Shown here in pieces: positions 47,716 through 62,708 of a stretch of 64,000 nucleotides of DNA; the first letter of the stretch is position 1, and every line of letters starts with the position of its first letter. The stretch comes from the human T2T-CHM13v2.0 reference genome, Homo sapiens. The stretch lies in NCBI RefSeq assembly GCF_009914755.1, contig NC_060925.1. One strand, 5' to 3'. Both the position numbers and the translations under genes were made by a program. The notes beneath the pieces are model-generated. The model ran no database searches. It was given only the letters and a program-made list of their open reading frames with translations, and was not told the origin of the DNA.

Positions 47716-49071
47716 TCGTCTGTGCTTTTACGGAGCTTATTTTCTAGGGAGGGAGGCAGGAGGTGAGTTACAGATCAACAAGAAAACTTCAGCTAATGAT
47801 AAGTGTAATGATGAGATAAAATGAGGTATGTGGTAACGGAAGGGTGTAACCCAGGAAAAGGTGAGGTCACGAGGCCTAGAGTGCTGTGCCGTGGGATGTG
47901 GTGCGGGTGACAAGTGGCCTGGGGGAGCTGAAGATATGGGGGAGAGCTGGAGTTCATGAAGGTGGAGTGGGGGCTATGGAAGAAAATGGTCAGAAAAGAG
48001 GCAGAAGGACAGAGGAGGGCTGGTCTGGAGGCCCCAGGGAGATGACAGAGTGTTACAGAGTGGGCAACTTCAGGGTCACCCTTAGTCAACTGCTGACCTC
48101 GCATCTGTTCCTTTAGACCCTCGGGTACTCAGACTCAACATTACCAACCATGAATTCAGTTCCTTCCCACCCTAACCTGCTGCTGCCCTGGCTTCCTGGT
48201 CTGGAGGGCAAAGGCGCCATTCTCCTGGGTACAGTGACTTGCAGTCTCAGTGATGACCATTGAGATGGAGACTGGATGGAGGCCCCTGAGGAGAGCAGAA
48301 TGGTTCCCACATCAGGGCCCCTCTGCACCACTTTTCCAGTCTCCTCATGTCTTCTCTGTTCCTCGTCTGGGAAGTCATCTCCCTTACCCCCACAACTCCC
48401 CTCCACCAGCAGGGAGAGTCAATAGACTGGGGAGGCTGGAACCCCAGATCAGAGTCATGGCCTTGCTTTGGAGTCAAGGGGGAAGCCCAGCTGGGCGGGC
48501 TGGTCTCATGTCCTGGCATCATCTCCCCTGGGGTGGATGCCTGATGAGCCCTGCCCGCTCCTCCAGGTGTTCTTTCCTTTCCTCTCTTCCTGTCCCCCAG
48601 AACCTCCACTCTAGGCAAACATGGCCTGTTCAGTTCCACCTCCATGCGTCTGCTTATGCGGAACAAAGGAGCTTTGGGAGAATCCTGAAGGCAATGGGAA
48701 CCCCAGGAGCAACCCCATCCATAACTCCTGAGGGTTGGAGTAGGGAATCTGAGGGGTGGGATCTGAGAGGTAGGATGGGTGGGAGTAGGATGTGACAGAG
48801 GTGAGGTCAGCTGCCCAGCTGCAGGCTTGGGCCCTTCTTCAGGCTCGCCTGCTAAAGCCTCTTCCTCTGCATGGCCCGGGAGATAGGGGTTTTGTCGCCA
48901 GGAAGTCCAGATGGGGTAAGAACTAGGAGGAGGTTGATCACTGCCACACCCAGGGCCCGAGATGTGCGTGGGTGCCCTGGCAGCATCGCTGACAAATACT
49001 CCTGAGGAAACAGCAGCTGGATTCACACAGGTCGTGCAATACCTAAGGTGGCTTGGCTGTTTGACTCCCTG

Positions 49072-49233
49072 ATGATGCTACTTCTGCTGGCCCTGCTGGG
49101 GGCTGGCCTACTGGGGGCTTCCCTGCTCACCTCGTGGCATGCTCCAGCCCGGAACAAGATCCCCAGGGCCCAGAAGTGGAGGGAGGTAGCACTGCAGAAG
49201 ATGGAGGACCTGGCCCAGTGACTCCGGCAGCAG
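49072..49233 (+). pseudogene. FAAHP1: Pseudo-exon 1 homologue
   Basis: MMLLLLALLGAGLLGASLL...RAQKWREVALQKMEDLAQ*LRQQ|gtgagt aligns with FAAH TM...RARQRQRAGLENMDRAAQRFRLQ|gt; TGA at 49219-49221. Confidence 0.85.
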
Positions 49234-50139
49234 GTGAGTCGACACGGGTCCCGGAGGCCCCCAGCCACAGGGGGCCTTGGCCCTCAATCCCAACAGGAGG
49301 ACTACACCTCAGGATGCCCCTCCCGTCCATGACCCCAGCCCCCGCAGACACAGGGAGCAGGTGGGCACTTCCCCACCCCCAGTTCTCCCCCCATGCCAGC
49401 TCTGTGTGTGGTTGTCAGTTCTCCTCCATCCCCGGCCTTTGAGACCCTGGAGATTGGGGGCAGTGTATTCTTTCTCTGTTCTCCCAGCACTTGGCACGTG
49501 GCTCAGTAACATGGGAGGTGCCCACTTAGGGTATTTGCGGAAATAAGATAAACTGATGGAGGCCATTGGAGGAGGGAGGCTCGATCTCTTTTAGCCCCTG
49601 AGCACTCCAAAATCCCCCAAGACAGGAACCCTAGTCTACCTGTCCCCTCCTACCTCCACCCCATTCAGCTCTGAAAACACTTGCTGAGCCCTGATAAGTG
49701 CAGAGCATGGGGGGCTGGGGATGGGGTCTCCCAGGAAGCTGCAGGTCTTCAGAGGCAGCTTTGGCAACTCGGAGTGGGGGTATTTCACTGGGATAGCCTC
49801 TGTGGCTGGCTGGGCTGAGACTGGCAGGCGAAGTGGCTGAGCCATAGATGTATCAGCAAAGCCTGCCCCAGGTGGCAGAGAGAAGGGCGGGAAGGAGGGA
49901 CATGGAGACAAACATAGACTGAGCCTGGGATTTGCTGTGTGGCCTGGAGGATGTGACAACCCGTCTCTGGGCCTTGGACTCCCCAGCTGTCTGAGGGGGG
50001 ATGGGCTCATGGTCTCTCGGGGTCTCCAGCTTTGGTTGATGATGGTGGACTCAGTCTGGGAGCCCGGAGGTAGGGGCTGGGGCTAGTGCCTGAGGTGCTG
50101 TTCCCATGCTTTGGAGTTCCTGAGTGTCCTCTGCTGTCC

Positions 50140-50310
50140 CCTGGATGGTGATTGATGGCCCCAATGGGCAGCTTCTCTGTCTGAGTTGCTGCAGTTGCTG
50201 AGTATGTGTATTAATATTAATTAGGGCTAATTAGTTGGATAAATCAATCTGCCCCCAGAGAGCAGCTGCCCCTCCCTGGTTGATGAGGAGGAAGTCTGGG
50301 CTAATGGGTT
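50140..50310. promoter_or_regulatory. Candidate enhancer core (possibly the published FAAH-AMP element)
   Basis: TGATTGATGG 50149-50158; TAATTA at 50218 and 50228; ATAAATCAAT (TGATTTAT on minus) ~50239-50248; CAGCTG 50263-50268; AT-rich patch in non-repeat GC-rich DNA. Confidence 0.5.
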
Positions 50311-51521
50311 GCAGTGGTGAATGGGCATGATGGAGGCGTCCTGTGTGCGTGTGGAGGCCCCATCTGTGTGCGGTGGTGGGTATAGCTTCCTTTACTGCGG
50401 ACGAGGGCCTGCTTTCTTGTGCCTCCTGCTGGCATTTCATTGTGTTGTGGTTGGTTGTGTGTCTGGTCTGGCTGTGTGGTTATGTGCCTGGCTGGGTGTG
50501 CATGTGTTGGGTTATTGGTTGGAGTGTGTACATCTAGCTATGTGTGGCTGGTGTGGGTCTGAATGTCTGGTAGAGAGTGTTTGTGTGTGGTTGTGTGTCT
50601 GATGTGTGGGGGCAGCTGGTTTGGTATGTGTCTGGGCATCTGGTTGGTGAACATGTGGATGTCTGGGCTGTTGGGCTGGGGACCTGGAGGGGGTATATGT
50701 CTGGATGGCTGGAGGAGTGGAAGAGGTTTTGGGGTGAGGTCACTCATGGTGTCTCCAGCCTCCCATTGTGGTTTCAGGCTTCTTGGCTCTCAGCACCTTG
50801 CTGTCTCCCCAACAAGCTATACAGGTCTGTCCTGGGCACCTTCTCAGTCATGTCACCCTCTCTCTGCCAGTGACAACCTCGAGACCTCAGGTGTCCACCT
50901 TTATGTCCCGGGGAGGTGCAAGGCTGGGACACAGGTCAAACCCTCACAGGCTCAGCAAACAAATTCAATTCTGCTGAGTTTAGTAAAATTTCCCAGGGAA
51001 TTTCTCCAGGTCTTGCCCTGTGCTGAGCTCTGGGGACACATTCATTATAAAGATGAATCTGACCCCTGACTCACACTTGTGCTAAAAATGTTCCCAACCT
51101 GGGAGGGGCGTGGTGGAGATAGAGCTGTGCAGACTATGCAGGGCAGCAGCACGGCAGAGTGTGGTGAGGCCAGATGCCCACAGAACTGGTGACTTGGCAG
51201 GAGGGTGGCTGGTCTGTCTGGAGAGGATCATGTTGGGAGGGCTCCCCAGACGGGTGGTGAGTGAGCTGAACCTCATGGCACCTGTAGGACTTTTCTGAAA
51301 GGAGAAACGAGAAAGGCAGTACCAGGGAGGGAGAAGCCCCAGATGAGGCAGTGTTTCTGTAGAACGTATAGAAAATAATATTCCTAGGACCCATTGGGTA
51401 AATGGACCAGCTGCTCATGGCTGGAACTGCTCAAGCTACTCATGGCCAGGAAGCTCTGCTCACCTCAGGCAGAGCCTGGCCACCTTGAGAGTTGACGGTT
51501 TTTATGATACTAAACATTTAA

Positions 51522-52665
<1,144 letters not shown>

Positions 52666-53311
52666 TAATTTGTTGATTTTTAGAATTTGTTGTGAGGATC
52701 CTGTGATGTGGCTATCATCTTTTGAAAGTTGTCCCTGTCTTTCAAAGCGCTCCTGATACATTGGAGTCATTAGGTCACTTGCAGTCTGATTAAGGAGAGT
52801 CTTTCTCTTAACGTTAGTGATATTGTTCCGTGGGTGGAGTCCTCTCTCAGCTTTTGCTGAACCAGTAGCAATTACACTCACAATTTTCTAGCTTTTCTAA
52901 TACAGTGTTAGATTTCATGTAGTTAAGCATCTCTGTTGTCAATTAAGTAATAAACATTGTTATTAGAATGTCATTAACACTAATTAGAAGTTGTCTAGCA
53001 TGGCAGCTAAGAGTGTGGCTTCTGTTGTTGGGCTGGCTGTTTGAATCCTGACTCTTGACACTTTTTATTTTGTTTGATTTTATCATTTTACATTGTCTTG
53101 AACTCCTGGCCTCAAGCAATCCTCCCACCTCAGACTCCCAAAGTGCTAGCATTACAGGCGTGAGCCACCAAACCCAGCAAACACTTACACTTAAATGACT
53201 ACTCTGTATCTTAACTTCTTCATCTCTACAATGGTATGATGATTGTAATGATAGCACTCAAACAAGTTAATAAATGTTTACAGTGGTGCCTGGTACACAG
53301 CAAACACCATA

Positions 53312-54003
<692 letters not shown>

Positions 54004-57000
54004 TACAAGTGATAGTTCTCACTTTAGGAATGAAGCTACTGTTGTTGTCCATGGTGAGTGGGTATTTTGGGTGAGCAGAATATGTTCTATTAGATGGATG
54101 TGACATTCTGTCCTCCCAGGTCCCTGGAGCGCCTGCTGTGGTCTCAGCAGCCACCTGCAGAGGTCACATTAGCCACTCCCCAACCCCTGCCCTTGCCTGC
54201 TCTTCCCACCTCTCCCCAAGCTCCCTGAGAGTCAAAGTGCCCCAGAGGCTGCCATTCCCACAAATGGCCATGCAAGGACAGCTGCAGGGGAAGGCTAGCC
54301 TCAGGGGCCCAGAGGGACACATTGGGCACTTGCCCATGGGGTGCCACCAGGGGTGTTGTCTCTCCAGGTAGAAATATAGAAATGGGGGCTGGTGTGCAGC
54401 TGCTGATGTCTCTGGGGTGCGTCTGGGGACCTGTGAGTGCAGGGAGGTCCCTGGCGGGGCCCGCTAGGGCTCCTTAGGGTTGGAGGGCGCAGGGCAAGGG
54501 ATGAACCCAGGCTGGCCCTCCACAGTCCCTATGCCTAGAGGGTCCCTGCTGGGCTGAGCATTAACTTTACTTGCTGGACTGTGTAGAGAGGGTGGAGTCC
54601 TGGGGAGGGGCTAGGACAACTAGGGTGGTGGGGGGTGCCCAGCAGAGCAGCTTTTTGCCAAGTGACTCAGAAATGTTTCAGTAGTTTAGCCACTGGCATG
54701 GCTGTGGTGGTGCATCCTGGCTGAATGCTAGCCCTGTCCAAGGGATCTGTGTCTGGACCCTCCTGAGAGTCCCTGTGGCACACCAGCTGGGGAGCTCTGA
54801 GCTGAGGCACAGCAAGGAAAGGGACTGGACAGTGTGGCTGGAGCAGCATGCATGGGAGAGGCTGAGAGAGACAGGCCCACTGGACCCAAGCAGGGAAAGA
54901 CCCTGGTCCAGTGCCTGGCACCTTAAAAAGCCTCCCTTCCACAAGATGCCCCAAGAGCCAGGAGAGGGTAGTGGTTAAGGTATGGACGGCCTGGGTTTAA
55001 GCCCAGGCTCCCCTGTCCTCTGACCTTGGGCAAGAGAGTTAGTCTCTCCGGGTCTCAGTTGCCTTCACTGGGGAAATGGAAACAGTAATAACAGCACTTA
55101 GCCAAGGGTTTTTGTGAGGATTTAATGAAACGGTGCAGTAAAGGGCTTGAGAGGGTTTCCAGCCCCACAGTGATACTCTGAATACTTGGTCAATGGGAAT
55201 TGTGTACATCGAAGCAAGAACCCATGTTACACATTTACAGTGAAGGCTTTGCAAGTGGTGCTGGTGAGAATGGTGCTGCAATGTTATCCTGAGGGCTACT
55301 GGGACCTATTTTCAGAGTGGGCCTTATAAGATCTTAAAAGGATTGCCCAGGCTGCAGTGAAGAGGCTGAGTTGGAGGAGTGGAGGCCAAGCCGTGGAGGC
55401 CAAGCCAAGGAGGCCAGTGAGGAGGCCAATGAGCCAACAGAGAGAGGTCCTTAGGCAGGCAAGAGGCCTGAGGGTCCGAGGTGGGAGATACGAAGGAGTA
55501 GAACCACCTGCAGGCAGTGTGTGCAGTTAAGAATGTGGTCACTGGTGTTGGACTGCCTGGGTCCAGCTCTGCCACTTACTGGCTGTGTATCCTCGGGCAA
55601 AGAGGAGGAGGTCTCTGTGCCTCAGTGTTGTCTTCTGCTGTGAAATGAGAAAACGATGTGACCTACCTCTTAGGGTTGTTACAATTAAAAATTGTAAATT
55701 TTTAATTTACAATTTTCTTGGAGACAGGGTCTCATGTCATCCAGGCTGGAATGCAGCAGTGAGATCATAGCTCACTGCAGCCTCAAACTCCTGGCTTCAA
55801 GAAATCCTCCCACCTCGGCCTTCCAAAATTCATTATAGGCAATGACTGATTATATGCAAAGTGTCTGGAATAGGGCCTGGCACTATTAAGTGTTAGAACA
55901 CATCCTAGTGTGATTATGTTAGCTAGTGTAACTATTATCAGAACTTGGGTGTGAGGGAGGACCTAGGATGATTCTGAGGTTTGTTGCTTTGGTGACATGC
56001 ATGTCATCAATTGGGAATTTCAAGAAGAACAGATTTGGCTGAAAGAAGGTGAGTCCTGGGGAGTCTGTGTATATGTGGGTAGGTAAAGGGGTCTGAGTCC
56101 TGGCGGAAGAGAGGCCTAGGTTAGAGAAACAGGTGGCCTGCTTATCCTTGGGGTGCACCTGGCTGCCGAGGTCACCCATGGAGAGTGGGCAGGCAGGGAG
56201 AGAAAAGGTCATGCCCTGAGGAACACCAACATTTCAGGCAACTGAGAAGGAGCCACCTGAGGGTGGGAGGAGGCCAGCAGAGTTGGGGGCATAGAGAGCT
56301 TTGGGAGGGAGAGTGTCAGACGCTGCTGAGGAGAGTGAGATGAAGACTAACCCGAATCCATAAGATTTAGTAACCGAGAAGTCTTGATGCCCTTGGTGAG
56401 AAGGGGCCCAGTGCAGAGGGGAGGACAGATGTCAGACTGGTTGCTTTGAGGAATGAAAGAAGACAGACTGGAGCCAGGGGATCCTAACCTCCAAGGGAAA
56501 TTTATTTGTCTCCACCTTCCCCCACCTCCAGGACCAAGAAAAGCCCACTTCTTGCCCAACCCATACTCCAGCTTGGAGGCATCGGGGTCTTAACCAGAGC
56601 TGAGGGGGGCAAGAGGAAGAGAACTTTGCCTTCCTGAGTGCCTGCTGTGTGCTAGACCTTTGTCATGTCACACTTGCCCAGGGCGGCAGTCCTGAGGGCC
56701 TGGTATCAGACCTCCCCTCATATCCTGAAGGACGGGGCTCAGAGCAGTTGAGGGGCTGACTCAGGATGGACTCCTAGTCCTTCCCTCTCTGAGGAGACCT
56801 AGGCCATGGGAGGAGCAGAGAACCACCTCCAGTTACCCAGCTGACCAAGGGCGCGGCCAAGATGGTGCTAACTCTCTTGCCACCCATGCTGGACTCCTGC
56901 CTCCCTAAAGTCAGCTCAGCAGGGGGAGGACTGGGTAGGGAGGAGAGGTGGGATGCCTGGGATGCCCCTGAAGGCCAGCCACCCAGGGCTGAACTTCACT

Positions 57001-57347
57001 TCCATAACCTCCAGTCTCATGATGTCACATGTGGAGTCACCCCCACTCCAGTTGTGACCCTTCTGAAGAGCAGCATGAAGGGGCAGGCCCTTCTCCACGC
57101 CAGGCCCTGGGCTGGCCACTGGGGGCAGAGGCAGAGGAGAACATCGTGCCCTTGGAGGGTTTTCATGACAACCTGGAGACACAACAGATGTTTTTAGTGC
57201 TAAGCATGAGTGCCGGAACATGTACCGAGAGACATGGGCGTGTGTGCAGCTGTGCATAGGGGAGTCTGGGGTGTGATGTGGAGTGTGTGGGAGTGGGCCT
57301 TAGCGGGTCCATCTTGGATATCTGCCTACTCCATCTCATTTCTGCAG

Positions 57348-57461
57348 GAGCCAGATCTGGACCCCAAGCCAATCCTGGAGCTGCCCCTGGCAGAGCTGGC
57401 CCAGCAGCTTCGGACCGAAGAGCTGAGTCTGGAGAGCATCCTCTGTAGCTACTTAAAGCAG
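57348..57461 (+). pseudogene. FAAHP1: Pseudo-exon 2 homologue
   Basis: EPDLDPKPILELPLAELAQQLRTEELSLESILCSYLKQ, 114 nt, AG/GT intact. Confidence 0.93.
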
Positions 57462-57695
57462 GTGGTGGCCAGGGCACAGGATCCAAGCCCGGGGCTCTGG
57501 GCTGGAGTGGGGGATGTCACTTGTCATTGTTTTACTCAGAGGAGCTGAGGGGCAGGTGTAACTCTGCCACTGACTTGGGAGGTGGCACATGCCACAGTTA
57601 CCTCAGGGTGGCAGGAGGGGCTGGGGCAACCGAGTGCCCTGCTTTGGTCCTGGCCTCACCTGGGGCTGTTGTCTGCTGTCTTCACTGTTGTGCAG

Positions 57696-57845
57696 GCACT
57701 GAAGGTGCACCAGGAGGTGAACTGCCTGATGGATTTCCTGGGGGAATGTGAGGAGGAACTGCAGGCATTAAAGAAGCTTAAGAAGAGTGAGAGAGGCCTT
57801 CTCTATGGGGTCCCCATGAGCCTCAAGGACACCTATGACAGCATG
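57696..57845 (+). pseudogene. FAAHP1: Pseudo-exon 3 homologue (K142 equivalent retained)
   Basis: ALKVHQEVNCL...RGLLYGVPMSLKDTYDSM, 150 nt (5 codons longer than FAAH). Confidence 0.93.
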
Positions 57846-58185
57846 GTGAGCCTGGGGTGTACATGCACACGAATGTGCATATGCACGCTTGTGCCACCAG
57901 CCTGGAGCTTGGTGTGTGACACTGGGGGGCTCAGTGTGTGACAATGGGTGAGTCATTTAAAACTGCACAGCTACGAAGCGGCAAACTGAGGTTTATACCC
58001 AGAATTTGGGTTCCAAACCCCAAATTCTCAGCCACCACACTCTTTTGCCATCCGTGAAGTGCTGCGCTTGTGTCCCCAGGGGTGTGAGAGTGTGTGTGAG
58101 TGGGGGTGGAATGGGGCTGAAAATCAGCCAGCTGGCTGGTTCCACCCTGACCCCCATGGCTGGAGGCAATGTTCCTTCCCTGCAG

Positions 58186-58319
58186 GGCCATGACTGTGCA
58201 TGCCGCCTGGCCTAGTTCCTGGAGAAGCCTGCGACCAAGGACGGGGTCATTATGAAAGTGCTCAAGGCCCAAGGAGCCATCCCCTTTGTTAAGACCAACA
58301 TCCCACTGACGCTGCTCAG
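58186..58319 (+). pseudogene. FAAHP1: Pseudo-exon 4 homologue
   Basis: GHDCACRLA*FLEKPATKDGVIMKVLKAQGAIPFVKTNIPLTLL, 134 nt; TAG at 58213-58215. Confidence 0.93.
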
Positions 58320-58954
58320 GTCTCTGAAGCGGGCTAGCTGGGGTCGGGGGCTGGGCTAAGCCCAGGGCTGAAACAGCTCTTTGAAGTCCTGATTCAGGGC
58401 AGAGGGTGAGGAGGGGGCTAGTCATACAGACTTCAAAGACCAGGGTTCTTGGGCCAGCCCCTTCTGTCCCCGGGGCTGAGTTTCTTTATCACAGAACATG
58501 TGGATGGACTCCACAGTCTGTAAGGGCCCTTCGGGCTCCAAGGTTCTGTAAAGCTACACTCTTTTTCTATCCCAGTTTCTCTCTCAAATTGTTCTATTTC
58601 TACCCAGGCTTCTCTCTTTGATTGTTCTCCCCATCGCTTATTCTCTCCCTTCTCTACTCAGCCTGTAGTGCATCTGTGTTTCGTGAGGAACATGTTCTCA
58701 GTTCTGATGGCAGAGCTGTGGGCTCTTTGGTCCTGATATTAGGAGTCATGGCTGGTGTCTGATCTTGGTCTTTCTTGCAGCAGCAGCCCCTCACCCCAGC
58801 TGGAAGGGAGCCCAGGAAGCCTCAGCCTTAGGGAGGAGCTCATGGAGCCCAGGAAGCCCTGGGGTTGACTCTGGAGGGTGGTTGGCCCCCATATGGGGAG
58901 AGGTCTGCCGAGTGAGGCTTTCACCCTCAGCTCATTTTCTTCTGCTTCCCTTAG

Positions 58955-59161
58955 CTTTGAATGCGGCAACTCCCATCTATGGCCAGATGTTGAGCCCACT
59001 GAACTTAAAGAAGACATGTGGGGGCTCCTCAGGGGGTGAGGGGCTCTGCTGGCAGAAAGGGGGTCCATCCTAGGCATGGGTACTGACACAGGTGACAGCA
59101 TCTGCATACCAGCCAGCTTCTGTGGTGTTTATGGCCTCTGGACCACAGGTTCCCGCCTCAG
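58955..59161 (+). pseudogene. FAAHP1: Pseudo-exon 5 homologue (amidase signature)
   Basis: FECGN/PIYGQMLSPLNLKKTCGGSSGGEG/ALLAERGSILGMGTDTGDSICIPASFCGVYGLWTTGSRL, 207 nt, with +1 and -1 frameshifts. Confidence 0.93.
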
Positions 59162-59689
59162 GTACTCATTGATGGTGGTGGTGGGGTGGGCTCGGACCTG
59201 CCTAAGGGAACTAGAGGGTGGGGAAGTAGAGGGGTCTGCTCCTCCCATCAACTTTCATCTACCCAACTCAGTACTAGGGGAAGTGGGTAGGAGGGCTTCA
59301 AATAACTCCTGCAGTAGCCATGCTAAACATACCATATTTTTCCAGGTGGCAGTAGAATAGACCTTCCACTCATTAACTCATCAGCTCATTAATTCATTAA
59401 TCTATACAGCTATCCATCCACATACCCCTTCTCTTACTCATCAATCTGTCCATGTATCTATCTGTCCTTCATCCATTCAATCACCCACATGGTCATCATC
59501 TCAGTCTCTATCCATCAATCAATTTTACCATTCATCCACTATTTATTTAAAAGATTTCTATTGACTATTTACTGTGTCAGACACAACAGCTCCTTGGGTA
59601 CTAGCTACTTGGGTTACTTCGGTGAACAAAAGAGACAAATATCTCAGCCCTTGAAAAACTTACACATACTCTTCCTTCCAACCATTTAT

Positions 59690-59825
59690 CCATCCATCTT
59701 TCCATCCATCCATTTGTGTATCCATCCATCAATCCACATTTGTATCTCTCCATCCATCCATCCATCCATCCATCCATCCATCCATCCATCCGTTCATCGT
59801 ATATGCATGCATGCATCCACCCATC
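59690..59825. repeat. (TCCA)n simple repeat
   Basis: Direct reading; a more degenerate tract also lies at ~62190-62360. Confidence 0.9.
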
Positions 59826-60410
59826 TCTCAACCCCTCTCTGTGTACCCACACCATGGCCCCTATTCTGGGGACATAGACCACTCTTGGACCCAGCCCCTG
59901 CCCCTGCTGTGCTCTTAGACACACAAATGAGTTAGTCAGAAAGTGATCAGGTCTGTAAGAGAGGGTCAAAGCTTACAAGAGGAAGCTGACATTTTCTTTA
60001 ACAGAGATTTATTAAAAGCTTATACTCTTGACTTTCAGAGGCAGGGCAAGGGAAGGGAAGGATTCCTGGAGGAGGCAGCATTTGAGCGTGGTTTTGAGGG
60101 CCAGACATGCCAAGATGATGTGGCGTCTAGAAGGCTGTAAGATTGTTTGTAAGCGGCTGACTTTGCCTGCAGCAATATGCACGTGTGGAAGGGCTAGAAG
60201 GGGAAGCCATGGAGAGTTAGAGTCTTGAAAAGCAGTCAAAGAGATCAGACTTTATGCTGTGGGCAGCAGAGGGTCAGGGAATGTTGAAGCAGCTCCTATT
60301 TTTGTGGGCTGCGCCCTGGGGGAGCACATCGCCTGGGTGCTCAAGCCTCCTAGCACCCAGGCCCCTCCCTTCACATGCTGAGCTGGGCTCTGGGTCGGAA
60401 TGTTTTGCAG

Positions 60411-60452
60411 CTACACTGGAATTGCCTCTGCCATCAAGGGGAAAAAAATCGG
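60411..60452 (+). pseudogene. FAAHP1: Pseudo-exon 6 homologue
   Basis: ttttgcag|C TAC ACT GGA ATT GCC...|gtaagt; 42 nt versus 41 in FAAH (extra A in an A7 run). Confidence 0.8.
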
Positions 60453-60755
60453 GTAAGTCCTGGTCTGTGCCTGTGGCCACCCCATTTAAAGATGAAACTG
60501 CCAGTCTTTCTCCCAAGGACATTTTGCTCAGCTCATATCTCCAGACAGATCAGCCCCACAGATGATGACTGAGAGGGCAGACTGCATGGTTCCCACCTGG
60601 CCTCCCCTTGTCCAGTGACTCTTGGCCCTCTGAGAAGGGCTTTTGTCCTGCTATCTAGCTTTAATCTCTTCCTTCGTCCTGACCATGACCCTGGAACCCA
60701 CCCTCTGAGGCCAGGCAGTTGGGATCCCCAGGGCACAACAAATGAGAGGTGCTTG

Positions 60756-61288
<533 letters not shown>

Positions 61289-62582
61289 TCATTCCTCCCT
61301 GACCTGTCTGCCATCTTACCTTCCCAGGTGAAGACCCCCTTTCCCACCCCAGGCTGCAGTGAGTGAGAAGCCCACATGCTCAGTCCAGTTTGTTTCCTTC
61401 CCCTGCTGGACACCAGCTGCTTTGGCTTCTTGGCTATCTGGAGCCATAGCTTGTAAGTGCCCCCAAAGAGGGCCTCCAGTGCCATATACCCAACCCATGC
61501 AGTTAGAATACTCAGCAAGTGTGGTTGAGAGGGTGTGGCATCCAGTTAAGCTGGGTTTTTAACCCTCTAGGTAACCCTGGCCAAGTCACATCTCTTCTTT
61601 CAGCCTTAGCCTCCCCATCAATACAATAAAGAGGTTAGGCTGGGAGATTACTCCACACCCTTCTGTCTACAGCAGCCTTCATTTATTCGTTAATTCATTC
61701 AACAACATTTGCTTGTACCAGTTGTGTGCCAGGCTCTGCGTGTCTCATCCTAACACTCTATAGAGTGAGCAGTGCTCCTCCCATTTACAGCTGGGGAGAC
61801 TGAGGGGAAGTGAAATGACTTGCCTAAGATCATGTAGTTAGTAACTGGCAGAGCTGGCTTTGAACCCAGCCCTATCTAACTGCAGAACCCTCTCCATAGG
61901 GCAGTTTCTGTCTACGTCCCGGCAATGTCTGTTCCTCGGATTCCCTACACCCCTCCTAGCATTATCAACCTGAGATCATTGTATATCATCCACGATTTGC
62001 CCCTACAAACATGTGTTGTGTGACGGGTGAGGGGCGGCTGCCTTTCTGGCAGCACCCCACTTCCCAGGACTAGGGGCCCTCCATCTCAGACCCTGGTCTG
62101 GGTATTTGTCCCTATAGATCTCCAGCCTCATATTCTCCTAACATTTCTTTAGCTTAAAGATATTTGAGTCTATGCATGACTTACTCACCTGCCCACCCAC
62201 TCAACTCCAACCATCCATTCACCCACTCACCCACATATGCATTCAACCCTCTGCCCACCCAACTACCCACCATCTCATACATACATCCACCCACCCACCC
62301 AGGAGTCTGTCTACCATCTATCTACTATCCACCCCATCTGCCCAACCACCCATCTCATCCATTTCTCCTTCCTCCAGGGGTTTCCGCAGAGCACCTAGAG
62401 CCTGGAGAGTATATAGGGAGGCTCCCAGGGGGTCTTGGGGTGTCCACATGGATTCCCCCCTTTGTGAGGACAGCTGTAGACCAAGGCCCTGCCCTTAAAG
62501 TCTGGCTCCTGGATAGAGTGGGGCCACCTTGTCCCCAGCACAATCTCTCCTCCGAGCTCCATCCAGCCCCTTGTGCCCCTAG

Positions 62583-62708
62583 GTTTACACCAGTAACCGG
62601 CCCCTTCGAATTGGCTACTATGAATCAGATGGTTACATCCAGCCATCCCCTAGCATGGCCAGGGCTGTGCAGCTCACCTCCTGGCTGCTCCAGGATGCTT
62701 GACACCAG
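62583..62708 (+). pseudogene. FAAHP1: Pseudo-exon 8 homologue
   Basis: VYTSNRPLRIGYYESDGYIQPSPSMARAVQLTSWLLQDA*HQ, 126 nt; TGA at 62700-62702 where FAAH has Gly. Confidence 0.94.

Noticed and set aside
48247-49026. 259-aa minus-strand ORF and overlapping 181-aa plus-strand ORF upstream of pseudo-exon 1
   Set aside because: Pro/Ser/Gly-rich composition typical of chance ORFs; no FAAH homology or other support visible
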